Assembly: GCA_010909165.1 (NCBI GenBank) | Contig: MU008163.1 | Coordinates: 682,001-746,000 of the forward strand | Source: Anthoceros angustus | Taxonomy: Eukaryota > Plantae > Anthocerotophyta | DNA: 64,000 nucleotides | Reading direction: 5' to 3' | Shown: piece after piece, positions 1-14,399 of the stretch | How positions within the stretch are numbered: the first letter of the stretch is position 1 | How the letters are laid out: each line of letters starts with the position of its first letter | Position numbers and translations under genes: made by a program | The notes under the pieces: generated by a model | Database searches by the model: none | Told to the model about the DNA's origin: nothing | The model's input: only the letters and a program-made list of their open reading frames with translations

Positions 1-3000
1 TAAGGGAGGAGCCAGGGCGGAGAGGAGACCAACGCAAGAAGGCCCGAGGAGTTAGTAGCAACATTGGTGGGATGGGGAAGATTCTTTGAAGACATGCTAT
101 GATAGGTATGGACAAACCAAACAAAGAAGGAAGGAGCCGGGGTCCGAGGAACTGAGGAGTCGGGACGAAGGAGTGGCGCCAAAGGTAGAAGGTGGCGCAG
201 AGCAAGGAGGGGAAAGCCCACCCTCCGGGGGTCAACCTACCACGGTGGGTGACCACCACCATGGTAGTCACCGCACTACCGGTAGTCCGCCGACTACCGC
301 GGTAGGTGTGAAGATGGAGAGGAAGGGAAGGAGCCGGGGTCCGAGGAACTGAGGAGTCGAGGAAGGAGCCGGGGTCCGGTAGTATACCCCGGAGGAGCTG
401 GGGTGGTGGGAGAGACAACCCCACCGGAGGAGACTAAGGACGGGTCCACCGAGGAAGGGGAGGGTGAGAAGTTCCCTCGCGGATAAGGGAGGAGGAGGAG
501 GAGGAGACCAACGCAAGAAGGCCCGGAGTTAGTAGCAACATTGGTGAATGGGGAAGATTCTTTGAAGACATGCTCTGATAGGTATGGACAAACCAAACAA
601 AGAAGGAAGGAGCAAAGAGGAACTCACCCGAGACATCACCGATGGAGAGGAAGGAGAAGGAGCGCCGTGAGCGCCAAAGGTAGAAGGTGGCGCAGAGCAA
701 GGAGGGGAAAGCCCACCTCCGGGGGTCAACCTACCACGGTGGGTGACCACCACCAGTCCGCTGACACGTAGTCCGCTGACTACCGGTAGGGCAGTGCCCG
801 TGGGCGGAGGAAGGTGGGGAGTCGCCGAGGCCTGGCCGAGGATGAAGGAGCCGGGGTCCGTAGTATACCCCGGAGGAGCTGGGGTGGTGGGAGAGACAAC
901 CCCACCGAGGAGACTAAGGACGGGTCCCACCGAGGAAGGGGAGGGTGAGAAGTTCCTCACCCCACGATAAGGGAGGAGCCGGGCCCGAGAGGAGACCAAC
1001 GCAAGAAGGCCCGGAGTTAGTAGCAACATTGGTGAATGGGGAAGATTCTTTGAAGACATGCTCTGATAGGTATGGACAAACCAAACAAAGAAGGAAGGAG
1101 CGAGGAACTGAGGAGTCGGGAGGCGAGCGCCAAAGGTAGAAGGTGGCGCAGAGCAAGGAGGGGGAAAGCCCACCTCCTGGGGGGTCAACCTACCACGGTG
1201 GGTGACCAGCCTACCACGGTAGTCCGCTGACTACCGGTAGTCCGCCGACTACCGCGGTAGGTGTGAAGATGGAGAAAAAGGCGCCTAGGTGCGCGGGAGG
1301 CCTGGCCGAGGATGAAGGAGCCGGGGGGTTCCGTAGTATACCCCGGAGGAGCTGGGGTGGTGGGAGAGACAACCCCACCGGAGGAGACTAAGGACGGGTC
1401 CGACCTGGCCGAGGAAGGGGAGGGTGAGAAGATCCCACGAGGAAGGGAGGAGCCAGGGAGAGGAGACCAACGCAAGAAGGCCCGGAGTTAGTAGCAACAT
1501 TGGTCGAATGGGGAAGATTCTTTGAAGACATGCTATGATAGGTATGGACAAACCAAACAAAGAAGGAAGGAGCAAAGAGGAACTCACCCGAGACATCACC
1601 GATGGAGAGGAAGGAGAAGGAGGAGGACATTGGGTCCTCATGATGATGACAGGGAGTCAGTGCAGCCAGAGGCCTCCGATTTTGATGAGGCCATCAAATG
1701 GACTCGAGGAACTGAGGAGTCGAGAAGGAGGAAGTCGCCGTGAGCGCCAAAGGTAGAAGGTGGCGCAGAGCAAGGAGGGGGAAAGCCCACCTCCGGGGGT
1801 CAACCTACCACGGTGGGTGACCACCACCAGTCCGCTGACACGTAGTCCGCTGACTACCGGTAGGGCAGTGCCCGTGGGCGGAGGAAGGGGAGGGTGAGAA
1901 GGAGGAAGTCGCCGAGGCTGGCCGAGGATGAAGGAGCCGGGGTCCGTAGTATACCCCGGAGGAGCTGGGGTGGTGGGAGAGACAACCCCACCGAGGAGAC
2001 TAAGGACGGGTCCCACCGAGGAAGGGGAGGGTGAGAAGTTCCTCACCCCACGATAAGGGAGGAGCCGGGCCCGAGAGGAGACCAACGCAAGAAGGCCCGG
2101 AGTTAGTAGCAACATTGGTGAATGGGGAAGATTCTTTGAAGACATGCTCTGATAGGTATGGACAAACCAAACAAAGAAGGAAGGAGCAAAGAGGAACTCA
2201 CCCGAGACATCACCGATGGAGAGGAAGGAGAAGGAGATAGGCGACTACCATGGTAGTCACTACCGGTAGTCCGCCGACTACCGCGTAGGGTGCGATGAAC
2301 GGGCGCGACCAGCGGCGGAAGCCGGAGAAAAAGGCGCCTAGGTGCGCGGAGGGGCGCGATGGAAGATAACAGACTTTAGGCGCCGCCCGGAGATGGAGGA
2401 AGGGCAGATGGTACTTGCCCCACACATTAAGGCGACAAGATCCGGGAAGGGCAAGATTGTACTTGCCCCACATTAAGGCGACAAGATCCGGGAAGGGGCA
2501 AGAGCAAAAGGAGGCGAGGGAGCCAATCCCCAAGGGCCATGTCACCACCCCAGAGATAAGACTAAGAATGGTCAATGACCATAAATGAGCTTTGGGGAAC
2601 GGAAGGATAGGTGGTGTAGACATCCTTCAAGGATGGTCTTAGGTGAAGTTACTAGAATAGAATTTACCAAGGATCGGACAATAGACTTAGGTGCCGACAT
2701 TAAATGTCATGTAGGAAATAATAGAAATTGGAAAAGGTGACTGCAGAGGGTCACCTAGGGAGGTTGTATGTGGAAGGCCTCCTATAAGAGGAGGAGGATT
2801 TCACAAAGTAAAGTATCATGTCTTGCGCTTCCACGCTCATCGAGTCCTTTGCCATTACAGAGGAATTTCGTGCCTGTGAGCCAACAGTCGTAGAGAGGAA
2901 GTCGCGGTGGTCGGAGTGCTTGGTGGAGGACTTGCTCACGCAAGTGCCTAAACGAGTTGCTCCCTTGTGAATGGTTGCTGTGAAATTGCTTTGCTTTGGG

Positions 3001-4792
3001 TGTGTGGCAAATGCCCAGAACTCTCGGCTTGAGGGTAGACTACAGGAAAGACTCCACGGAGGTTCTCATTGTCGTGTCAAACTCATAGCAACCGCCCAAG
3101 GAAGAACTTCTGGTGGAGGCGGACCCAGGCGGTTGTGCCGTAAGGGCGAGTCGAAACCCGAGAGGAGACCAACGCAAGAAGGCCCGGAGTTAGTAGCAAC
3201 ATTGGTGAATGGGGAAGATTCTTTGAAGACATGCTATGATAGGTATGGACAAACCAAACAAAGAAGGAAGGAGCAAAGAGGAACTCACCCAGACATCACC
3301 GATGGAGAGGAAGGAGAAGAAGGAGATAGGTACTACCATGGTAGTCACTACCGTAGTCCGCCGACTACCGCGTAGGGTGCGATGAACGGGCGCGACCAGC
3401 GGCGGAAGCCGGAGAAAAAGGCGCCTAGGTGCGCGGAGGGGCGCGATCGATGGAAGATAACAGATTTAGGCGCCGCCTGCGAGATGGAGGAAGGGCAGAT
3501 GGTACTTGCCCCACACATTAAGGCGACAAGATCCGGGAAGGGACAGAGCAAAAGGAGGGCGAGGGAGCCAATCAAGGGCCATGTCACCACCCCAAATGAG
3601 AAGACTAAGAATGGTCAATGACCATAAATGAGCTTTGGGGAACGGAAGGATAGGTGGTGTAGACCGACATCCTTCAAGGATGGTCTTAGGTGAAGTTACT
3701 AGAATAGAATTTACCAAGGATCGCATAATAGATTAGGTGCCGACATTAAATGTCATGTAGGAAATAATAGAATTGGAAAAGGTGACCCGCAGAGGGTCAC
3801 CCAAGGGAGGTTGTATGTGGAAGGCCTCCTATAAGAGGAGGAGGATTTCACAAAGTAAAGTATCATGTCTTGCGCCCACGCCATCGAGTCCTTTGCCATT
3901 ACAGAGGAATTTCGTGCTGTGAGCCAACATGTAGAGAGGAAGTCATGTGGTGAGTGTTGGTGGAGGACTTGCTGCAAGTGCCTAAACGAGTTGCTCCCTT
4001 GTGAATGGTTGCTGTGAAATTGCTTTGCTTTGGGTGTGTGGCAAATGCCCAGAACTCGGCTTGAGGGTAGACTACAGGAAAGACTCGGAGGTTCTCACGT
4101 GTCAAACTCATAGCAACCGCCCAAGGAAGAACTTGCTGGTGGAGGCGGACCCTGTGCGCCAGCCGTAAGGGCGAGTCGAAACCAAGAAGCCCGAATCGAG
4201 GTTAGAATAGGAGGAAGAGGATGAGGAGATGAGAAGATGAGTAGAGGATTAGAGGTGTAGGTGTTAGTGGAAGGCCACAGGCAGAGCCTAAGGGACGAAT
4301 CCCAAATCTGCAAGTAAAAGAGCGCTCCCTGAGTGGAGAAGTTTGGTCTTAGAAGTAGGGACGAAATCGCGGTGTGAACAGGGGGTCCCTGGGCGCCCGT
4401 GGTAGGCTCCTTGCTGCTGAGGCAGGACCTGCAATTGTGTTGTGTCGTTGTAGGTCGAAGTTTGGTCTTAGAAGTAGGGACGAAATCGCGGTGTGAACCA
4501 GGGGGTCCCTGGGCGCCCGTGGTAGGCTCCTTTGAGGCGGACCGCAATTGTTTTGTCGTTGTGGGTCGAGGTTGGCGATTTTCAAGCGGTGCAAGTGGTG
4601 CACTGTGAGAGGGAGAGTAGAGGCGCCTTGCTTGTTTAGAAGGTCGAGAAGTGTGTCAGCAGTAGCGACGGGCATCACAAGACCTCGAACTTTCACACAA
4701 GTCTCATGGGACGAAACCCAACGTCTGAGCGACAGTGGGATAAGTGTGGCCGCTATAGTGGGAGGACCGGGAGTGCCCTTCTCCCTACCACA
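1..4792 (+). repeat. 5' LTR of element A (3' part, internally mosaic-duplicated)
   Basis: Matches 25890-28169 (e.g. 1621-1730 = 26012-26115; 2290-3155 = 26765-27590; 4200-4792 = 27600-28169). Ends ...CCTACCACA immediately before the PBS. Confidence 0.8.
4339..4570 (+). repeat. ~120-bp tandem sub-repeat (x2) near the LTR 3' end
   Basis: Unit AAGTTTGGTCTTAGAAGTAGGGACGAAATCGCGGTGTGAAC...CAATTGT occurs twice in every LTR-end copy (4339/4458, ~5232/5338, 27735/27841, 28503/28613), so it is likely genuine. Confidence 0.75.
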
Positions 4793-4796
4793 TTTT

Positions 4797-4810
4797 TGGC
4801 GCTGTCGGGA
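4797..4810 (+). promoter_or_regulatory. Primer-binding site of element A (degenerate tRNA-Asp-like); second copy at 5666-5679
   Basis: CA-TTTT-TGGCGCTGTCGGGA follows the LTR end and resembles the Athila PBS TGGCGCCGTTGCCGGGGA with indels. Confidence 0.7.
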
Positions 4811-6445
4811 CTTGTTGTTGAAGTTTGAAGTTTTGTGGTTTCCATCGCTAGCATGTTTTCAAAGGGACCGAGAGTCGACCATAGGGGTGAGAAGAAGGAA
4901 TTTCACGCCTAAGTGTCATAGGGGTGAATGGTTGAGACACTAAACGGGTGTGATTTGCTTCCTTAACACCGTGGGTTGGAGGACATGAGGATGGTTGCGA
5001 TGTCGATAGGGGTCGATCTCGGGAGATACACGGAAGGTCACCACCGCGAGAGATTTCTGAGCTTACGAAGAAACCGCTAAGGGAAGAGACCGCTACCGCC
5101 ACTCGTGGGCAGGAGGAAGTAGAGACACGAGGAAGTCGCCGTGACGAGGAAGGACCGAGAAGGTCGAGAAGAAGGGAGAAGGAGGAAGAAGAGGCGGAGA
5201 TCACCGGCCGAGAGGAAGGAGGTCGTGGAGAAGAGTGGTCTTAGAAGTAGGGACGAAATCGCGGTGAACTGGGGGTCCTCGGCGCCCGTGGTAGGCTCCT
5301 CACGAGGCGGGACCGCAATTGTGTTGTGTCGTAGGTCAAGTTTGGTCTTAGAAGTAGGGACGAATCGCGGTGTGAACTGGGGGTCCTGGCGCCCGTGGTA
5401 GGCTCACGAGGCGACCCGCAATTGTTTTGTGTCGTTGTGGGTCGAGGTTGGCGATTTTCAAGCGGTGCAAGTGGTGCAGAGAGGGAGAGTAGAGGCGCCT
5501 TGCTTGTTTAGAAGGTCGAGAAGTGTGTCAGCAGTAGCGACGGCATCACAAGGCCTCGAACTTTCACACAAGTCTCATGGGACGAAACCCAACGACGGGC
5601 GACAGGGATAAGTGTGCTTATAGTGGGAGGACCGGGAGTGCCCCTGATTCTCCCTACCACATTTTTGGCGCTGTCGGGACTTGTTGTTGAAAGGTTGAAG
5701 TTTTGTGGTTTCCATCGCTAGGGTATGTTTTGAGAAGGGACCGAGAGTCACCATAGGGGTGAGAAGAAGGAATTTCACGCCGCCGGGTGTCATAGGGGTG
5801 AATGGTTGAGACACTAGAGGGTGTGATTTGCTTCCTCTTAACACCGTGGGTTGGAGGACATGAGGATGGTTGCGATGTCGATAGGGGTCGATCTCGGGAG
5901 ATACACGGAAGGTCACCACCGCCACCGCAGAGATTTACGAGCTTACGAAGAAACCGCTAAGGGAAGAGACCGCCACCGCCGCCACTCGTGGGCAGCGGGA
6001 GGAAGTAGAGACACGAGGAAGTCGCCGTGACGAGGAAGGAGGTCGAGAAGAAGGGAGAAGGGAGAAGGAGGAAGAAGAGGCGAGATCACCGGCGAGAGGA
6101 AGGAGGTCGAGAAGAGAAGCGGTGTCCGTGACGAGGAAGGGCCGCCTCCGAGCACGAGTTGCTCACAACCGCCGCGAACGCCCGCGACGCTTTGCTTCTC
6201 AAAGCGGTGGCACCACCTCATCTTCCAAATGTGCACCCGAGAGGAAGGAGGTCGTGAGCGGGAGTTTCGTGCTTGGTCGGAGGATTTGGCGAACGACTCG
6301 ATCGAATCGCCGATCGATTGATCTTTGGGACGGACTAGAGGGAGGTCGCTACTCCTTCGGTAGAAGATTTTCGTGCTCAAGGATCCCGATTTGTTTCGTT
6401 ACCCCGGCGAGAGGAGTGTTGGTCCAGTGGACACTCGAGAGCAAC

Positions 6446-9400
6446 ATGAGTGGAGTTGGTGGAGGAGGAGGACCGCCCAACTTCATAGTCGCCAAAGAAT
6501 ACGCCAAATTCGGCGAGAAGAAAAGGGAGATGATGCGAGGCGCTTGTAAGAACTTTGAGCACGTCTCCCACGCAAATTTAGAGGATGGAGTCGCCGAGCG
6601 ATCGCATCTTCCGGACTGAGAGGGCATGCCCAATGGTATGGTCGCAATTCGGGCGACGGAGGTGCGGAACGACGATAGGGAGAAGGAGGAAGAAGAGGCG
6701 GAGATCACCGGCGAGAGGAAGGAGGTCGAGAAGAGAAGCGGTGTCCGTGACGAGGAAGGGCCGCCTCCTCCGAGCACGAGTTGCTCACAACCGCCGCGAA
6801 CGCCCGCGACGCTTTGCTTCTCAAAGCGGTGGCACCACCTCATCTTCCAAATGTGCACCCGAGAGGAAGGAGGTCGTGAGCGGGAGTTTCGTGCTTGGTC
6901 GGAGGATTTGGCGGAACGACTCGATCGAATCGCCGATCGATTGATCTTTGGGACGGACTAGAGGAGGTCGCTACTCCCTTCGGTAGAAGATTTTCGTGCT
7001 CAAGGATCCCGATTTGTTTCGTTACCCCGGCGAGAGGAGTGTTGGTCCAGTGGACACTCGACGAGCAACATGAGTGGAGTTGGTGGAGGAGGAGGACCGC
7101 CCAACTTCATAGTCGCCAAAGAATACGCCAAATTCGGCGAGAAGAAAAGGGAGATGATGCGAGGCGCTTGTAAGAACTTTGAGCACGTCTCCCACGCAAA
7201 TTTAGAGGATGGAGTCGCCGAGCGATCGCGATCTTCCGGATCGAGAGGGCATGCCCAATGGTATGGTCGCAATTCGGGCGACGGAGGTGCGGAACGACGA
7301 TAGGGAGAAGGAGGAAGAAGAGGCGGAGATCACCGGCGAGAGGAAGGAGGTCGAGAAGAGAAGCGGTGTCCGTGACGAGGAAGGGCCGCCTCCTCCGAGC
7401 ACGAGTTGCTCACAACCGCCGCGAACGCCCGCGACGCTTTGCTTCTCAAAGCGGTGGCACCACCTCATCTTCCAAATGTGCACCCGAGAGGAAGGAGGTC
7501 GTGAGCGGGAGTTTCGTGCTTGGTCGGAGGATTTGGCGGAACGACTCGATCGAATCGCCGATCGATTGATCTTTGGGACGGACTAGAGGAGGTCGCTACT
7601 CCCTTCGGTAGAAGATTTTCGTGCTCAAGGATCCCGATTTGTTTCGTTACCCCGGCGAGAGGAGTGTTGGTCCAGTGGACACTCGACGAGCAACATGAGT
7701 GGAGTTGGTGGAGGAGGAGGACCGCCAACTTCATAGTCGCCAAAGAATACGCCAAATTCGGCGAGAAGAAAAGGGAGATGATGCGAGGCGCTTGTAAGAA
7801 CTTTCGAGCACGCCTCCCACGCAAATTTAGAGGATGGAGTCGCCGAGCGATCGCATCTTCCGGACTGAGAGGGCATGCCCAACAGTGGTATGGTCGCACA
7901 TATAATTCGGTGGCACCAACGGATTGGGAAGCTCTTAAGGCAGCCTTCTTGAATCGGTTCGAGGGCTCGCCACGCACACCACACTTGGCAAGTTGAGAAC
8001 CCTCCAAGGAAGAAACGAGTCGTTGTTCGATTATGTGGAGAGGTTTTATGGATATCTGGATCGGGTTCCGAAATGTGCACCCGAGAGGCCGGGAGATCCA
8101 CCCACCTCTGGGTACTCACAAGAACAAGCGTTGGATTGGTTTGTGAGTGGCTTGTCACGAAAATGGAGGTACACTGCAGGCGCTGAACGAAGACGTTGGC
8201 AGGGGCCCTCCGCTTAGCTGAGGAATGGGAGTCCGCTGAGCTGGGGAGAAGGAGGAAGAAGAGGCGAGTCATAAGAAGAGGAAAGGATCGAGGAGATCTA
8301 GCTCCTCGTCTTCCTCTACCTCCTCCAGCTCGCCGCCTCTTCCACATCGAAGTGAGGACTGAACTCGTGAAGGCTCCACATCGGATGAGGAATCGGAAGG
8401 CCTACGACGACGAATGAGGAAGGACCGGAGAAGGTCAAAAACGACAAGAGGAGGCGGAACGCATTGGAGAAGGAGAGGAAAGGGAAGACGGTCCGTCGGA
8501 TGGAGAAGGGAGAAACGTCTGCGGAGGAGGATTCGGACAAGTGGAGGCTTTGACCAAGCGGTTGACCGAGTTGGAGGTCAAGGCGTGAAGAATCAAGCTC
8601 CACGAAGATCTCCTTCGCCCGAGGCTTGGTGTATTGCTCGATCGTCATCAAACGGGACACACCAACCGAGAATGTATTCGCACCGCGACACGCGTAAATC
8701 ATGTGGAAACCGTTATGCCGGAGATTATTATGTGGAGAGGTTTTATGGATATCCGGATCGAGTTCAAATGTGCACCCGAGAGGCCGGAGATCCACCCACT
8801 GGGTACTCACAAGAACAAGCGTTGGATTGGTTTGTGAGTGGCTTGTCACGAAAATGGAGGTACACCGCAGCGAACGAAGACGTTAAGGGGCCTCCGCTTA
8901 GCCGAGGAATGGGAGTCCGCCGAGGGGAGGAGGAGGAAGAAGAGGCGAGTCATAAGAAGAGGAAAGGATCGAGGAGATCTAGCTCCTCGTCTTCCTCTAC
9001 CTCCTCTAGCTCGTCGCCCTCTTCCTCATCAGAAAGTGAGGACAGCGGAACTCAAGAAAGCTCCACATCGGATGAGGAATCGGAGAAGGCCTACGAACGA
9101 CGAATGAGGAAGGACCTGGAGAAGGTCAAAAAACGACAAGAGGAGGCGGAACGCGCATTGGAGAAGGAGAGGAAAGGGAAGACGGTCCGTCGGATGGAGA
9201 AGGGAGAAACGTCTGCAGGAGGGATTCGGACAAGTGGAGGCTTTGACCAAGATTGACCGAGTTGGAGGTCAAGGCGTGAAGAATCAAGCTCCACGAAGAT
9301 CTCCTCTCGCCGCAGCTTGGTGTATTGCTCGATCGTCATCAAACGGGACACACCAACCGAGAATGTATTCGCGGCACACGACACGCGTAAATCATGTGGA

Positions 9401-9720
9401 AACCGTTATGCCGGAGATTATTGGTACGTGGACGAGGCGCAGTGCAAGCGTCACCGAAGTCACCACCTCAATCAATGAGGGCGACTTACCAACCGACTAC
9501 ACCGCCCCTCAAGGTATGGCTCACGACCGACATCGCCGGACAATGGAGACCGATCCATCACGGCGATGGCAATTCCACGGTGGTGTTATAATTGCGAGGT
9601 CACTACTCAAACGAATGCCCAGAACCACGGAAGCAAGTAGGTTATGTACCCTTTTGCCAGGTATGTAAGGAATTGGGACATAAAATGGGGGACCCCAGAT
9701 GCACGGGGGTGACGCGAGTG
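6446..9720 (+). pseudogene. gag: Element A gag (frameshifted, with repeated segments)
   Basis: MSGVGGGGGPPNF...GLRGHAQQWY...DWEALKAAFLNRF...ESLFDYVERF...LDWFVSGL; a Ser/Glu-rich linker; zinc knuckles (HQTGHTNREC, CYNC..GHYSNEC, CQVCKELGHKMGDPRC). Confidence 0.85.
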
Positions 9721-10559
9721 ACACCGCCCAGGAGGGGAGGAACGCATTGGAGAAGGAGGAAGAAGAGGCACGACCCAACACTGAAACCGCAATTACCGTG
9801 ACCACAACACCGGTGTTGAAGGTGGAAGCGGAGTACGATTCCCTCGAGGATTGATGTGACATCGGATCGTGGAGGAAGGATACGAGGAGAAATGAGCGGA
9901 TGAAAGGTTGATGGTGGCTGTGGTAACCACTGTGTCGGGCCGCGAGAAAGGACGGATCATGGAAAACGGCGATGAGGAAAGGAAACGGAGGAAGGTGAGG
10001 GATGACTCGCCGTGGCCTCCGGAGACGCGTGTTCAGCGCCGCGAGAAAGGACCGAGAAGGTCAAACGACAAGAGGAGGCGGAACGCATTGGAGAAGGAGT
10101 AGCCTTTTGGAAGGCAGACTACCTCGGCAGGGCGGGACGCAGAAGGACCAAAGGAGGGGGAGGAACGAACCGCGTTTCCTCCCGACATTAGTCGAGAAGT
10201 AGCGGCAATGCTGGAAGATGAATTAAACAGGCTCACCCGATACGGGAAAGCAGGGGTCGCAGAGCCAGGAATCGTGGATCCACCGGGTATGGGAACCCAC
10301 CCGATAGGAGGGGTCATGGAATCAGAAACTTTACCAATAAGGTCGGAGTCGACCAGCGTCAGGGCTGCAAGCGGGGAGGAAACTTTGTCGGATAAAATCT
10401 CCAGTTTCGCTGACGCATTACTTGACCGCGAATTTGTGGTCACCGAGATGCTTGCGGTGAGTCCAAGATCCCGCAAAATTGTGAAGGAGGCGATCGTGGG
10501 AATCAAGTAGGAGGGAGGGAGAAATCGGCGGAGGTAAATGTGGTCGAACTCTTGATTTA

Positions 10560-10870
10560 GGGGCACCCGAGATTGAGGTTGAGATTGCGGGTGTTTGGTG
10601 CCCGACGTGCCATTAGATTCGGATCGAGTCAACTTGATGACGGAGGAGACGGCTCATCAACTCGGATTCACCGAGTTTCACCCGCCCGAGTATTTTTACG
10701 GATGGCCGACTGCATAAGGAGAAAGCCACTGGGGTGAGGAACGTGCCCACAATTGGGGACTCACCTTCCATCTTACCTACATTGTGATGCGGGTTTATCT
10801 AGGCTATAAGGTTTTGATAGGTAGGCCTTGGTTGTATGGTACGCGTGTGTTTTGATTTTGGTCGAGTGGC
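10560..10870 (+). pseudogene. Element A aspartic protease (frameshifted)
   Basis: VPLDSG(S)VNLMTEETAHQLGF ... GYKVLIGRPWLY. Confidence 0.75.
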
Positions 10871-11199
10871 ATCACCTTCAAGTCCGAGATACGGACTGCG
10901 ATTGCTTTGTGTCATGGAGTAAGGCTCCTTATGAGGGGAGTCTGCAACCACGGGGTACACCTCGTAGCACGGGGTAAGCTCCTGCAAAGGATCGAGCATA
11001 TCGGGGTCCCTCAGTCGAGGTCGCCGAAATAAAGAGTGATTTGGTGTATGCCTGTTTACATATAGAGGAAGCCATAGAGGAGTCTGAGGATGAGGCCCAT
11101 AGAGAAGGAGTAGCCTTTTGGAAGGGCAGGGCTTATGAGCGAGACTTTCCGGAAGAGGGATCCGGAACCAGTATAGGCAGCAGTCCAGAGGGAACATAT

Positions 11200-13500
11200 G
11201 TAGATCCCGATGCGGTAGAAGACCTAGAGTTAGAACCTAGCAAGGTAGTCAAGATTTCTAAGTACCTAGGCCAGATAGAAAAAGATGAGTTTCGTAGGGT
11301 CCTTAGAGAATATGTTGATGTGTTTGCCTTCAAGATTACTGACATGACAGGGATACCGGAAGAACTGGGAATACATCGAATAGACCTGAAGGAGGGCAGT
11401 ACTCCAGTACGGATCAAGCAATACAGGCTGAATCCCAAGTATTCCATGGTTGTTAAGGATCAGCTCGACCAATACTTGGAGGCTGGGGTGATTTACCCGG
11501 TGCTCACCAGTGAGTGGGTCGCCCCCATCGTGATTGTACCAAAGCGGCAGGAAAGGTGCGGTGTGTCAAGATTTCGAAAACTCAACGAGGCAACGAAGAA
11601 GGATCATCACCCTTTACCTTTCATGGACAGTGTGTTGACATGGGCGGGCAGATATGCTTTCTTGGATGGATATTCTGGGTACAATCAAATTTCGCTGCGA
11701 AGGGAGGATCAGGACAAAACAACGTTCACGATTGGGGAACTTATGCCTATTCAAGCTCCCTTCGGTTGTGCAATGCCCCGGCCACTTTCCAGCGGGTAGT
11801 GAACGCGATCTTCCGAGATTTTCTGAGGAAGTTCATGGAGGTATTCCTGGATGATTTCTGTGTATTTGGGAGAAGGAACTTGCATTTAGACCATTTGAGG
11901 CAATGCTTTCAGAAATGCAGGGAGTCGAACATGAAACTTCATCCAGGGAAGTGTTATTTTGGCATGACGGAGGGCATTCTATTAGCACATCGAGTTTCTG
12001 TACGAGGATTACAGGTAGATAAAGAGAAGGTAGCAGTGATAGCTGAGATGGACGCACCCCAGACGGTAAGGCAGGTGCGAGCTTTTGTAGGGCTAGTGGG
12101 GTATTACAGGAGGTTCATCAAGGATTTCGCCAAGAGGGCGGCCTTGTTGACACAATTAACCAAAAAGGATACACCCTTCGAATGGACAGACGCACGGCAG
12201 GAGGCCTTTCAGCAGTTGAAGGACAGCTTGGTGAGCGCACCAACTTTACAACCGCCGGATTGGGGGAAGCCGTTTCACGTATACGTGGATGTGTCCGCCT
12301 ATGCTATTGGGACCGTCTTGAGTCAGAAAGATGAGAAGAAACGGGATCATCCGATTTTCTATGCGGGTAGACACTCACGGATCGAAAAGAACTACTCAAC
12401 CACGGAGCGGAGGGTCTTGGTATCATTTACTCTTGTAAGAAGTTTAGACACTATCCGCTTGCTTGCAAGGTTACGTTCATGTCGATCATTTTGCGTTGAA
12501 GTATCTTGTCAACAAGCGGTTGTCGGGAAGGATTGCCAGATGGGTATTACTGCAAGAGTTTGACTATGACGAGAAACCAGGCCGGAAGCAACATCGAATC
12601 GATTTCATTTCTCTAAAGGCGGAGCGACTTGAAGCCACGATGATCGATTTCACGAGGAGTTGGTTACCATGACCCAAGTCGAAGGGGAAGGAGGTGAGCA
12701 TGTTGTCGAAGGCCTAAGAATTGACCAGCAAACTCAGAGGGCCAAATGAGCAAGAAGGGAGCGTTGTGCAGAAAAGGCTGCAGGACAATTTGGAAATCCG
12801 AGGAGATAGGATGGCGCCAGCATGGCGCAAGGAGGAGGCTGGAATTCTCCTCAAGGGTGAGCAGGGGCTGCAAGTGGAGGCCACGTTGGCAAGGCAAAAG
12901 CGGAGAGCTTTTGTAGGGCTAGTGGGGTATTACAGGAGGTTCATCAAGGATTTCGCCAAGAAGGCGGCCTTGTTGACACAATTAACCAAAAGGATACACC
13001 TTCGAATGGACGGGGCGAGGCCTTGAAGGACAGCTTGGTGAGCGCACCAACTTTACAACCGCCGGATTGGGGAAGCCGTTTCACGTATACGTGGATGTGT
13101 CCGCCATGCTATTGGGACCGTCTTAAGTCGAAGATGAGAAGAAACGGATCATCCGATTTTCTATGCGGGTAGACAGCTCACGGATGCTGAAAAGAACTAC
13201 TCAACCACGGAGCGGGAGGGTCTTGGTATCATTTACTCTTGTAAGAAGTTCAGGCACTATCCGCTTGCGTGCAAGGTTACGTTCATGTCGATCATTTTGC
13301 GTTGAAGTATCTTGTCAACAAGCCAGATTTGTCAGGAAGGATCGCCAGATGGGTATTACTGCTGCAAGAGTTCGACTATGACGTAGAAACCAGGCCAGGG
13401 AAGCAACATCAGAATGCTGATTTCATTTCTCGGCTGAAGACTGGAGAGCGACTTGAAGCCACGGATGATCGATTTCCTGACGAGGAGTTGGTTACCATGA
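11200..13500 (+). pseudogene. pol: Element A reverse transcriptase-RNase H (RNase H segment duplicated at ~12900-13500)
   Basis: ORFs 11041-11799, 11514-12563 and 13269-13853 join into RT (FLDD) and RH (PFHVYVDVSAYAIGTVLSQ, KNYSTTER, VDHFALKYLVNKPDLSGRIARWVLLLQEFD, HQNADFISR). Confidence 0.92.
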
Positions 13501-14399
13501 CCCAAGTCGAAGGGGAAGGAGGTGAGCATGTTGTCGAAGGCCTAAGAATTGACCAGCAAACCTGCTTGCCCGCAGAGGGGTCAAATCAGCAAGAAGGGAG
13601 CGTTGTGCAGGAAAAGCTGCAGCAGGACAATTTGGAAATCCGAGGGGAGATAGGATGGCGCCAGCATGGGCGCAAGGAGGAGGCTGGAATTCTCCTCAAG
13701 GGTGAGCAGTCAGGGGGGCTGCAAGTAGAGGCCACACGTTGGCAAGGCGGCAAAAGCGGACATGAGAGCACCGCTTTTGAGCGGAAGGCCCCACTTGGCG
13801 AGGTCAAGCCGGGCGCCATGAGGCCGCGAGGAGGAGACGCCCTAGGGAGGTAGGTGCGCCAGAGGGCGAGGAAGGAGCTTCATCCCATGACAAGCTTGAA
13901 GAAAATTGCGAAGGGAGTTGGCGGATCAGGCAATCCTCAAAATCCGACCATGGAGGTGCAACAAGTCGAGGAGGTCGCCATGGGAGCACGAGATGGACCC
14001 AGACAGTTGGGCGAGAGGAAATCAACCTGTTAATGAAGGAAGAACATGCGGACGAACTACAGGTTGAGGAACGTGCGATGGGCGGCGAGGAAGGAGCTTC
14101 ATCCCATGACAAGCTTGAAGAAAATTGCAAGGGAGTTGGCATCGTGGGCAATCCTCAAAATCCGACCATGGAGGTGCAAAGTCGAGGAGGTCGCCATGGG
14201 AGCACGAGATGGACCCAGTTGGGCGGCCAGCGAAATCAACTGTTAATGAAGGAAGAACATGCGAAACCAGTTGAGGAACGCAAGATGGGCGGGGAAGCCG
14301 TGGGCCAGAGGATGGATACACGCCATCTGGAGCCATTAACGAACGTCCTAGGAGGAGGAGACGTAGCACACCTGGAAGGAGAAGATTAGACCGCGAGGG

